A DNA stretch of 63,631 bases, counting the filler, from Stramenopiles sp. TOSAG23-2 (taxonomy: Eukaryota): NCBI GenBank assembly GCA_900128395.1. It is 20 parts of 20 records of this genome, joined end to end, with 100 filler letters (N's around TTAATTAATTAA, not from the genome) between each part and the next. Parts side by side here need not be neighbours in the genome. Positions count along the whole stretch, not along the records: positions 33,047 to 36,240 come from LT651329.1; positions 36,341 to 39,532 come from LT651330.1; positions 39,633 to 42,819 come from LT651331.1; positions 42,920 to 46,099 come from LT651332.1; positions 46,200 to 49,377 come from LT651333.1; 15 more parts are not named here. One strand, given 5' to 3'. Numbering within the stretch: the first letter of the stretch is position 1; every line of letters starts with the position of its first letter. Below are positions 35,317 through 46,320 of the stretch, piece after piece. The position numbers and the translations under genes were made by a program. The notes under the pieces are model-generated. The model saw only the letters and a program-made list of their open reading frames with translations. It ran no database searches and was not told where the DNA came from.

Positions 35317-36240
35317 TTATGATACAACGCAACATCCACCACCACTGTTTGCTTCTCTTTCTTCACAAAAGGCGTGAATTAACTCGAACAAACTAATTTC
35401 ACCGTCTCCACTTTCATCCAACGTCTCCAAAACTTTGATCTGGTGTTCCATTTTTGCAGTCAATTTACCTCCATTCTGCTTTAGCATGTCTTGCTTTATT
35501 TGTCGAATATTGAAAGTCATACTAAGGCTACTTCGAGGCGTCGATTTACCGCGTTCTTTCTGTTCTCTCTTTAATGCTTTTCCACAACATCCACCACCAC
35601 TGTTTGCTTTTCTTTCTTCACAAATGGGGTGAAATAACTCTTGCAAACTAATTTCACCGTCTCCACTTTCATCCAACGTCTCCAAAACTTTGATCTGGTG
35701 TTCCATTTTTGCAGTCAATTTACCTCCATTCTGCTTTAGCATGTCTTGCTTTATTTGTCGAATATTGAAAGTCATACTAAGGCTACTTCGAGGCGTCGAT
35801 TTACCGCGTTCTTTCTCTTCTTGTTTTTCTTTGCGTTCTCTTTCCTCGCGTTCTTTCTCTTCTCTCTTTAATGCTTTTCCACCTTTTGAACGTATAAGTT
35901 TAATGATCTTTTGTTTAATTGGACTTTTATTATATTTATATGCAAAGTCCAGGGGAGTGGATCCCGTGGACTTGTTCTTCTTATTAATGCCATCAAGAGA
36001 CATATTAGTTAGTAACAAATCAATCAACTCAGTATCCTTTTTGTTATTACGTGCTGCTAAATGTAATGCATTCTGTCCACTACTATTTGCAATATTAGGA
36101 TCAGCTTCACATTGTTCAATCAAATATTGAACTATTTGGAAATGTTCTTCGTATGCAGCTGCCATTAAAGGTGTACATCCATCATCACCATAACTATCTT
36201 TACCGACTTGATTCACGTATTCTTTCAATCTACTATTACC
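35317..36240 (-). CDS. Ankyrin-repeat + duplicated EF-hand protein ending in a CaaX box (5'-truncated)
   Basis: Ankyrins GCTPLMAAA, GQNALHLAA and GSTPLDFA. DESGDGEISL occurs twice. The C-terminus is GGGCCVVS. Confidence 0.8.
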   Translation of the reverse strand, partial: GNSRLKEYVNQVGKDSYGDDGCTPLMAAAYEEHFQIVQYLIEQCEADPNIANSSGQNALHLAARNNKKDTELIDLLLTNMSLDGINKKNKSTGSTPLDFAYKYNKSPIKQKIIKLIRSKGGKALKREEKEREERERKEKQEEKERGKSTPRSSLSMTFNIRQIKQDMLKQNGGKLTAKMEHQIKVLETLDESGDGEISLQELFHPICEERKANSGGGCCGKALKREQKERGKSTPRSSLSMTFNIRQIKQDMLKQNGGKLTAKMEHQIKVLETLDESGDGEISLFELIHAFCEEREANSGGGCCVVS

Positions 36241-36733
36241 NNNNNNNNNNNNNNNNNNNNNNNNNNNNNNNNNNNNNNNNNNNNTTAATTAATTAANNNN
36301 NNNNNNNNNNNNNNNNNNNNNNNNNNNNNNNNNNNNNNNNTCCAGTTCCAACTCCTTATTCCATATACCCATGCTGTGTCCATTAACCACGTCTTGTTCA
36401 TCCTACTACAATGTTTTAAAAATATTAATACGTTCCTTCGATGTTCCCTCCTTAAATGTTTCCTTGTTTAACAACATTTCCATCGTTTCACCATCATTCA
36501 GGGCAGGGGTCCTTGCCTTTCACGGCACTTGGCTATTATATAATAATAATAAATATATTATATTAATAATTATACTACTAGTACTATTAATATACCAGAG
36601 TAATTCTTTCAACAACAAACAACAAAGTAACACTTACATCCAACGATCTCTAATAATTACATTAACTATTGTAACAAAAACAACTACCCCCTTTGCTCAT
36701 CATAACTTATTTATTATTGTCTCATAAATAACT

Positions 36734-39532
36734 ATGGCATCTTTGACAATGAATACTAGTGTTATTTTGAATGACCCTGGACACTGGGATTACTTCGTAT
36801 CGCATGCACAAAAAGATGGTGCTGTATTAGCTGAAGGGATATGGTCACATATGATATATGTAGAGAAAAAAACCTGTTGGTTAGATGTAAAAATGGATGA
36901 ACGTGATGAGGCAGCGATGAAAGAAGGGGTACAAAATTCCAAATTCTTTTTAACAATCGTTAGCGAAACGTATTTTGAAAGACCTTTTTGTATTAAAGAA
37001 TTAGAATGGGCCATGGAATATAAAAAATCGATGGTAGTAGTAATAGATGTGAAATTAAAAAATGATATTGGACGATTATTGAACAAATGCCCAGAGCATT
37101 TACGTAATATTGGTAATATCAATTTTATTGATTTAAATCGAGGCGATCGCGAATACTGGGAAGTCGGTATGAAGAAAATCATAAAAGCGAAACCACGAAT
37201 ATTAAAAAAGCAAATTGTCCCACTTGTACAAACAAATATAAAAAACAATGCAGCGTCAGTACCAAAAAAAGTGGAAGAAGAAATATTACGCGCAAAACCA
37301 CAAAATAATAATAATGACAATCCTAGTAATACTGAAGTAAAGTATACTGGAGCAATATTCTGTAACTTATTTCAAACGTATATCAAGATGAGTTCAGAAA
37401 ATCTTAATAATATGATAGAAAATTTTAGTATGATGCAAATTGGTGATCTTCAGAAAATTGCCACAAAGATAGGATGCAAGAATATCAACATCAATTGTCT
37501 ACCGGAACAAACGCAATTATTGAATACATTGAGAGAGATATGCGAAGAAGGTAGACTCGCACAGGATACGCTTACGCAAGATCAGCGAAGAAAGCTAGTT
37601 AAATATCACGAAGATAAAAAAAACAACACTAATAAAACCACCAATAATATTCATATTCACGGTCCAGCTGGATCTGGTAAAACATATTTGGCATTAGATT
37701 TTATTATTAAAGAAATTAAACAAAATTCAAAGACAAAAATCTTGTTTGTATGCACAAAAAATGGCTTTGCAAAATTTCTAGCAAGATGGATTTTAATTCG
37801 TATTATAAATACAAAAGAAGAAGATAAAAGTGATGAAGAAGATAGTGAAGAAGAAGAAGATAGTGAAGAAGATAGTGAAGAAGAAGAAGATAGTGAAGAA
37901 GATAGTGAAGAAGAAGATAGTGAAGAAGAAGAAGATAGTGAAGATGATGTAGCAAAATATGACCCACAATTGATTTTAAATTGTATACATTTTTGTACTG
38001 AAAATATAGGATATAAACCACACCAATGTATATTAAAACAAGATGCGGACGATCAGCCAGTATATTTACATTTTGAGAAGATTCAAAATGCAAACCGTGT
38101 TGATGAATATAATCTGATAGTCGTAGATGAGGCACATCATATTATACATGAAAAGAATAGAGAATGGAAACAAATACATCGTCAACATTTTTATACAGCA
38201 AAAAGACGGATTATACTTACCGATCCATCCCAAGATCCGTCAACTATAAAAGACATAGAAAGTAGAATAAAAGAAGCAGCTGCTGAAGAAGAAGAAGAAG
38301 ATGGTGATGATGATCAAAGAATGGGAAATATTTACAACATAGAATTAAATGATGTAGTACGATCAACGCAACGAATTACTTTAGCATCGCATTTATTTAA
38401 ACATATGGAACAAACACCAACATGCAAAACCAAACAATTTGGTGAAGCGGTGAAAATGTTTATGGTGGATGTTCAAAACGATCAGATTCTAAATGCATAT
38501 GTTCGTACAACAATAGAGGCAATAAAGTATGCACAAAATAGAAAGTCGCATGACGAAGGGTTTTGGGATTTAAATCATCGTATTTCTATTATCATTCCTG
38601 GTGATAGCGCAAAGTTTGACCAACACGAGTTCAAAAATCTTTTACAAAACGAATTGAATACAAAAAAACGTCTAAAATTTGAATTATTCAGTGCTGAAGA
38701 AATGTTTGGAAAATTTCCACAGTTGGAATATAAATCCGTACAAATGGTAGTAGATACCATTGCAAATCAAGATGGGTTAGAATATGATATTGCTATCGTG
38801 GTTGGTTTTGGTGTAAAAATTAGTGAATTGCGTACGCAACATAATAAAAATAAAACAACATTGTATCGTGCTATGACACGTGCAAAAGAGTTTTTAGTAA
38901 TTGTAAATGAACCTGTTCAAAATGGTTATTTTCATAGTACTATTACTGATACAATATTTAAAGATGATGAAAATTTGAAGAAGGAGGATGAGGGGCGTGA
39001 ACTTGTTGTGCCAATAAGAGATGGTAATGATTACAAAAGGTCGGAAGATGATGGGAATAATAATAATAATAATAATAATAATCACACCAGGAAGAAGATG
39101 CTGAAGAAGAACCACGAGGAAAATGATAAGCAAAACAGTAGTAACGACAAAAAAAAGACAAATAATAATAATAATAATGTTAATATTGTCACAGAAAAAA
39201 AACAAATAAAAATATTAACTGCAGTATTCGATACATCAGATATTTCTGAATCAACAAAAGAATATTTGGGTGTAACAAAGTACCAGGTGAAAACTTCGCA
39301 AAAGAAAGAAAGTGTAAGAAAGGAGAAGTTGATAAACAATAGTCCTGCATATATTAAATGGAAAAAAGAATTTGATGGGAAGACGAAAGTGGATTTGTCT
39401 GGAAAGAATCTTACCAATGTGGATGCATTAGCTATTGGTGAATTGTTAAAAACAAATAAGGCATTAATGCACTTGAACCTAGAAAATAATAATATTACTG
39501 ATGTACAAAGTATTGGTGAAGGATTAAAAACA
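36734..39532 (+). CDS. TIR - SF1 (Schlafen/UvrD-like) helicase - LRR protein (3'-truncated)
   Basis: TIR at aa ~17-150 with FCIKELEWA (E89). Helicase motifs: GPAGSGKT (aa 310), LIVVDEAHH (D465), VRSTQRI, DGLEYD and LYRAMTRAK (aa 710). RNI-type LRRs VDLSGKNLTNVDALAIGELL and LMHLNLENNNITDVQSIGEGL. Confidence 0.88.
37831..37947 (+). repeat. Coding tandem repeat (GAA)n-GAT-AGT encoding an acidic EEDS tract
   Basis: About eight gaagaagatagt-type units. Absent from the paralogue at about 16260. Confidence 0.9.
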
Positions 39533-40071
39533 NNNNNNNNNNNNNNNNNNNNNNNNNNNNNNNNNNNNNNNNNNNNTTAATTAATTAANNNNNNNNNNNN
39601 NNNNNNNNNNNNNNNNNNNNNNNNNNNNNNNNTATCAATTAGAAGATGAAGAAGTGAAAGGTGAAGAATTACAAACACCAAGTCGAAGGAAGAATGATGG
39701 TACTCCGTAGTACGAAATAAAAGAATATGAGTTAACCACGCTCTATTTTACAGATGTGTGAGATTATGTTTTAAAAATATACATTGTGTGTACAATTTGA
39801 TATATATCATATATGAGATACATTTTTTAATAATTATATGATACATTTTTTTATGCATAGATAATTAATATCTTTTGTATTTATATGATACGAGTCGTAT
39901 ATATTTATGATAAAAAATGAATATTATTTTAAAAAATTAAAAAACTCATATTCCAAATTTTTCCCTCTTTCTTTTGTTTACATATATATAAAAAAATCTC
40001 TTCACTCTTCTCCTCTCTATTATAACACGCAACATGTACGAGTATATTTTATTTTAGTACGTATATAGATC

Positions 40072-40160
40072 TCTTTTTAGTTTCTCGTCAATTACAAATG
40101 ATAAAAATTTTTACAAATTTTTTTTTATCATGTAATATCATTTTCAAGAGAGAAAAAGAA
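40072..40160 (-). promoter_or_regulatory. Type-II SECIS element in the MsrA 3' UTR
   Basis: Minus strand: helix I tttctc/gagaaa; core ATGA-T (40141-40137) opposite T-GA-C (40090-40087); helix II attaca-tgat / atca-(tt)-tgtaat; A-rich bulge 11 nt after ATGA; mini-stem aaaaattt-GTAA-aaattttt. Confidence 0.75.
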
Positions 40161-40487
40161 AGTCTTCTTTTCTTATATTTATAATCTACTATTAATAATT
40201 ATTCTTTTCAAAGAATTTTTGATGGTATTCTTCAGCCCTATAAACATCACCAACCCTAGCCCTATATAAACCAACTTTAATCCCTTGATCATTTTCAATT
40301 TCTCGAAATTTTGTTTGTATAATAAGTCTTCTTTTCTTATATTTATAATCTACTATTAATAATTATTCTTTTCAAAGAATTTTTGATGGTATTCTTCAGC
40401 CCTATAAACATCACCAACCCTAGCCCTATATAAACCAACTTTAATCCCTTGATCATTTTCAATTTCTCGAAATTTTGTTTGTATAAT
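40160..40487. repeat. Exact 164-bp tandem duplication of the MsrA 3' end (a second, 110-bp duplication lies at 40810-41029)
   Basis: 40160-40323 equals 40324-40487, and 40810-40919 equals 40920-41029. Probably assembly artefacts. Confidence 0.85.
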
Positions 40488-40859
40488 ATTTTCCTGATCA
40501 GAATTATGCCACCATACACCGCTCATATATTGTCTACTAGTACTACATTGGGTTAAAGATGTTTTACTAAGGAATACATTAAACAAATCTTCAAATGCAA
40601 TGACATCCGGATCAAACAAAACGGTAACACCTTCGGTATAATCAAGGATAGCTTGATATGTTGGCCATTCTTTTTGACCACCAACATACACGCATACTGC
40701 ATCTAATACACCAGGAATTTGTCGAAACGTTCGTTCCGGGCCCCAAAATCACCCTAGCGCAAAGGTTACACAGTTTGGTGAAGTTATCGTTGCTTTATCA
40801 ATTTTTGGACATATTATTGCTGCATTTTCCATTGTCGCAGTGACTAATTTTTTTAACAT
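40356..40859 (-). CDS. msrA: Selenocysteine-containing peptide methionine sulfoxide reductase A
   Basis: Reading through the TGA at 40751-40749 gives MLKKLVTATMENAA...CVTFALG-U-FWGPERTFRQIPGV...YVGG...PTY...YTEGV...RAEEYHQKF. The TGA sits exactly at the catalytic Cys of the GCFWG motif. Start is ATG 40859 or 40832. Confidence 0.9.
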
Positions 40860-41482
40860 TTTTTTCCTTATATATTCTTCTTCCTTTCTTATCTACTATA
40901 TATTTAATTATATTAACTACATATTATTGCTGCATTTTCCATTGTCGCAGTGACTAATTTTTTTAACATTTTTTTCCTTATATATTCTTCTTCCTTTCTT
41001 ATCTACTATATATTTAATTATATTAACTATACCAAGTAGCACATTATATGTTTTTTGAAATTATACAGTACAATTGTATATTTATTCTATTATACACAAA
41101 ACACACGCGAGCTCAACAACAACAACAACAATGAATTGCACAATTATTGTGCAATTCTCATCTAATATATGAACATAGCATTACGCTGATATTTAAGGGA
41201 TTTGGAGAGAGTGAGAAAGCGAGAGAGTTCATTATAATAAAAGGAGGTTTAGGTTAAGGTGTGGCAGTATAATACATAATATTTTTGATATAATAAAATT
41301 AAAATGATGTTGATGGTTGATGGGTAAAACTCTTCTTCACATACAGGTATCTTTTTTATCTTATTTACGAATAATAAGCTGTATCTTTCAATATACTATC
41401 GATATATATTGTATAAAAGAAGCAAACAACGGTTTTATACTGTACATATCAATCGCTATTTATATCCACATATTTTATAAAA

Positions 41483-42436
41483 ATGAGAAAAACAAGATTG
41501 TTACATAATTTATCGAAATTGGGATTTGGAAAAAACGATGCAGGCCTTGCATCGAAAGCAATGAAATATATTGTTAATGTAAATACCGGGGAGATTATTG
41601 AGGATATTGATAATTATGAAAATAATAATAATGAAAATAAATTTATCAAATTGACTTCGTCACCTGGTACATTTTCAATTACACCAGCATCTAAAATTAG
41701 CTCAATTGCTGTTGCTTCATCAGATAAAGTACATGGAAATATTATTGATTGGGGATGTGGTGGTGGATTATTATCAATTTTAGCAGCTGCAAAAGAATTA
41801 AATAATAAAATAATTGGTCTTGATTATGATGAGGAAAATATTAAGCAATCAATAGAAAACGCAAGGTTAAATAATAATAATAATAATGTACAGTTTATTA
41901 AAAGCGATAGTTTTTCTCCTTTTGATCCAAAAGAAAATGAATATATTAATAGTTTAAAAGGTACTATTGATTGCATTATTGCAAACCCTCCTGCATCATC
42001 TAATGATGATGGTTTCAGCTATCGTAGAAGAATTATGAAAGAATCCATACCATTTTTGAAAAATGGTAGCACATTATTATTACAAGCGTTATCGTATTAT
42101 GGTGAAAATAGATTTATTGAAGGGGCAAGGGAAGCATCATCATCATTATCATTTTATGATGACGAAACTTTTACTGAAATTGAAGGCGAATATGTATATA
42201 ATGGTGTTATTGCTTCATCTCCTTGGGTAAATTTACAAGGCGGTTATGATTTAAAACAACAATTAGAACAATATGTTGATGAAGAAAGTAAATTAAATGG
42301 AAAATCTTATGTTTGCGGTCCAGACAATTTAACAGCTACCGAAATATACGATCAATGGATCTCAACTAATATAATACCACAATGTAAATGGCAAGTACAT
42401 GAGTTAGTATGGAACAAAAAGAAGATGGATTATTAA
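41483..42436 (+). CDS. Class I SAM-dependent methyltransferase (MTS/HemK-like fold)
   Basis: IIDWGCGGG, IGLDYD, FIKSDSF and IIANPP motifs. Confidence 0.8.
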   Translation: MRKTRLLHNLSKLGFGKNDAGLASKAMKYIVNVNTGEIIEDIDNYENNNNENKFIKLTSSPGTFSITPASKISSIAVASSDKVHGNIIDWGCGGGLLSILAAAKELNNKIIGLDYDEENIKQSIENARLNNNNNNVQFIKSDSFSPFDPKENEYINSLKGTIDCIIANPPASSNDDGFSYRRRIMKESIPFLKNGSTLLLQALSYYGENRFIEGAREASSSLSFYDDETFTEIEGEYVYNGVIASSPWVNLQGGYDLKQQLEQYVDEESKLNGKSYVCGPDNLTATEIYDQWISTNIIPQCKWQVHELVWNKKKMDY

Positions 42437-42919
42437 AGTGTTTGATATAAAGCGGTGTTATATTTTATTTCATTTAGTTAAAATTCTTTTTAAAAAAAAT
42501 CCTCATCTTCCGTATACCACCTGGTGTGGTATTAATAGCGTGTGGCTTATTCTTCTCTAACTCGTGTATCTTGTTTCGATATATAACGACAGGATCATCA
42601 CTATAATAATCTTATTTTTTGATGTTTGAAATTTGAATGAACATTAAGCGATTTAATAAAATACTAAAATAAACTTATATATATATATATCATAAATAAC
42701 AAAGAAATAACATTACAAAGTACTGTGTAAAATATTGTAAACAACAATGGAAATAATAAATAACAATGCAAAGGTCGAACAAGTGGAAATCATATCAAAT
42801 GATAATCAGAACAATAATANNNNNNNNNNNNNNNNNNNNNNNNNNNNNNNNNNNNNNNNNNNNTTAATTAATTAANNNNNNNNNNNNNNNNNNNNNNNNN
42901 NNNNNNNNNNNNNNNNNNN

Positions 42920-45513
42920 TGATTTTTCTTTTCTTTTATTGTCAAGTAAATCATTTCGGACATGACTTTGCCATCATGTTCGTTCGTATACTTGAATTCA
43001 GCTTTGCCTGTTTTTGCAATAGAGTGCCATATTTCGTTTGCTTGAGCTATGGTCTTTTGCAGCAACGATGTTGGTGTACGATTGGCGTCTGTAGTTTTAA
43101 TAAATGGTGAATACAATTCCATACGGCCTCGGAGCGTGTTCTCAACAAGATCACAAGTTCTACGGTATTCCTGACCTTTGGTATATATGGTCACAGTTTG
43201 CTTTTTCAAATGCTTCTTTACGGCATCGTTCCGAAAAGAAAGATTACCGTTTTTAGACATAGGTGCAGCTTCTAGTAATCTATCAATTGGCGTATCCACT
43301 AAAACAGTATCCCCAGCATCAATATTTTGCATGTCTATGCCAATGAAGAACTGGTTTCCAAAGCGATAATTCGGCCTATGCAAGAATGGAAACTGGTGAC
43401 ATTGCAGCGCATAGGATTTCGATCCATCAAAACCAGATAAGATTTGTTCTTTGCTGATATACCAACGATTTTCAGTTGTGTTATATTCAACACGTGAATT
43501 TGTTAAAGCATATGCATTGAAAATAATTGGCAGGCATTCAAGAAGGTATGGATATTTCTCTAGTTGGTCTATAGTTTCTAATTCAAAATCCAAGTCTCCA
43601 GCTTGTCTATCTATCTGGTCATTTGTTGATTTTTTTCTCTGATAGGTTTCAAAATTTTTAAATTCGAGTTTTTTGACATGGTATCCATTTCTTGTTTTAA
43701 TAAAATATAAACCTGCAGCGAGCATCGGTAAATGTATCTCTAATTTTTTGCGCCTTTCATAATCTTTTTCTGAAATCACGAAGGCGTTTACAATAGCACA
43801 AGGTCTGCACGAAAACCAATACAATATCAGTACAGGCAATATCAATTGCATAAAGTAAGATTGTACATTACCAGTCAATTGAAATAAAACTGGGAACAAA
43901 ATCTTTTCAATAACAGGTCTCGCAGTAGCTCCTGATAATTTTGGGGCCTTGGTAAGACGGATATCTGTTGTTTCAGGATCACTAGTCTTTTTTTGATTAT
44001 CTACTTTACCGTACATATGATCGGTCGCATAAGCAGCAAGTAAATATTTCAGCCAAATTTCTGCGTCTTCATGATTTAATAAGAAGACAATGAAATCTTT
44101 GAAACTTCTACAAGAAAAGTTCATCGATTTTCGCATCGAAAAAAGTGGTCTTAACGAATCCAAGACATAATGCTTGTTGCTGAATTTTTTTTGTTTCGAA
44201 AATCCATTATTTAGTTGCTGCAAAAAAATTGACTCTTGACGAATTTTTTGATTCTTGTTGTTAATTTGATGATCAAATAGGACATCTGTTCGTTTTCTTA
44301 TTTTATTTTCGAGCCAATCGACAGTCTTTTTTGTAAAGGTTTCGCGGATAATGGTTTCGTTTTTGTAAACGCAACGGCGCTGCTCTTGCGGTTCATGTAC
44401 GCGATATAATTTTTTCAATGTGCTGACAATCGTTGTCAAATATCCAATAATTCCATTCGTATGCTTTATGTCGTATACATACGCAACCATTTGTAAGGCA
44501 CGTCGTAAATTTTCGCTTCTATTGTATAAAAAGCTAGTTGAATGGTTCCTTGGGATACCGAACGTACAACCTTTGTTTACGTGCTGTTGTATGTCATTTT
44601 TGAATCTGGTGATTTCAGCTTCGCTATATTTTGGCCTATGTTTCATAAATTCAGTATGAACGGCGTCTAAAATGTCGGATTCCAGTGTCTGTTTCTTGAT
44701 TCGCGTTTGAAAGTGTTCTTGCAAGCTTTTGAAATACGTGATACTACCAATGTCAAATTTTGGTTGCGAATATTTTTTGAGTTTGATTCGCTTTAATATT
44801 TCCAGAAAGTCTTCCAATGTCCATACATTGATCACAGACGAACGCTTTATTTCTTCAACGTAGCGACGATCTTTCAGATGCTTTTTGATACAACTTAAAA
44901 CAATCGACCGTATAGTCTCTTCTGCTTTAATACGAGTGCTACGGATGATATCTTTCGTCACAGCATCTGCAAAGCAATCAGAGATGTAGAGTTGGTTTTT
45001 GTTTCCATCAAAAAAAACTACTCCTTTTAATTTTCCCTTGTGCTCATAGTAAACTTTAAGCGCATTACTCTCGTACACGTCTTCTAGGCTTGGTTTACTA
45101 AAATTACGAAAATTGGTCAACAGTAAGATCGATGGCTTGTGATCAAATTCCGTAGTCATTTTTTTGGCACCAAAGATACAATATTTATTATTATTATTGT
45201 TATTATTATTGCCTTTTTTGATGTAGTAGTAGTAATAATAATACTGAGGACGGTCTTTTTTTTTGGTATTATTTTCTGTGCTAAGGTTATTATTATTATC
45301 AGAAGAAGAAACGATGTCGTTTGGTATAACTTTTTCGTACACTTCTGTGATAGGCTTTTTGATCACAGTATCTATGCGATATGCGTAGTCTTTTGTTTTA
45401 CGGCTTTTCTTTTTTGGAGGCTGCAGCGATAAGTCTTCAGCGGGTTTTCCAAATACTGCTGTGAACGCATGAGAGAACGCGTTTCCTATGAGTCGTATTA
45501 GTGTAACAGGCAT
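42920..45513 (-). CDS. Large protein of unknown function, possibly a divergent tyrosine recombinase (3'-truncated)
   Basis: Open frame of more than 860 codons. Weak YR-like motifs FSCRPCAI, NTLR and H-x9-Y near the end. Confidence 0.55.
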
Positions 45514-46320
45514 GATTTATCTGTCCTTTGATTCAATTTTTTTTAGTTAATATTTTTTAACAATTTCTGGGATTTAACCCTATTTCTAACTCGTACGATG
45601 TTGATTTTTTTTATTTATTTCGCTTTCAACATCGATGGTCACGATGCAAATAGCATTGAATCAAATAAATTTGTTTAAAAAACATAATTTAAATTCTTCA
45701 ATTATTGTTAAAAACCTTGATGACGCGGTGTCGTTGTATTAGTAGATACAACATATTTGCATATCTAAATCAATTTTGTGGAATTTTAAGGATGTTAAGA
45801 ATACATCACGATCGCTCGAATGTCGTTGTATCTACAGATACAACCGTGTTTCCGAAAACCAAATACCTGCTATTGCATCGTAAATTTGGTTTTTATTTGG
45901 TTTTTTTTCCAAACCAATTGGTTTACATGGACACAGCATTGGGACCCTTCAAGATGAGGTTCGCGAGAGTTTCGTTATTAGCACATTAACATATGTGCAT
46001 ATACTACTAGAGCTAGTAAATTATTAATTTATTATATTAAAGGCAATGGGATTTAATTTATAATATTTTTAATCCATCGAATATTTGTGATATATCAAAN
46101 NNNNNNNNNNNNNNNNNNNNNNNNNNNNNNNNNNNNNNNNNNNTTAATTAATTAANNNNNNNNNNNNNNNNNNNNNNNNNNNNNNNNNNNNNNNNNNNNC
46201 CTGTTGCCTGTTGTAGCCTGTATATACAAACATATAGGGAAATATAGCTAGTAGTATACAAAAAACAAAATAGATAATATACTGGTTTAAAAAAATTAAC
46301 ATGTAATGTGTCGCAAACAT

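Noticed and set aside
40749-40751. msrA as a pseudogene, or an alternative genetic code with TGA = Trp/Cys
   Set aside because: TGA serves as a normal stop elsewhere (BTA1 at 9833-9835, and 32656-32658). It falls exactly on the catalytic residue, and a SECIS is present.
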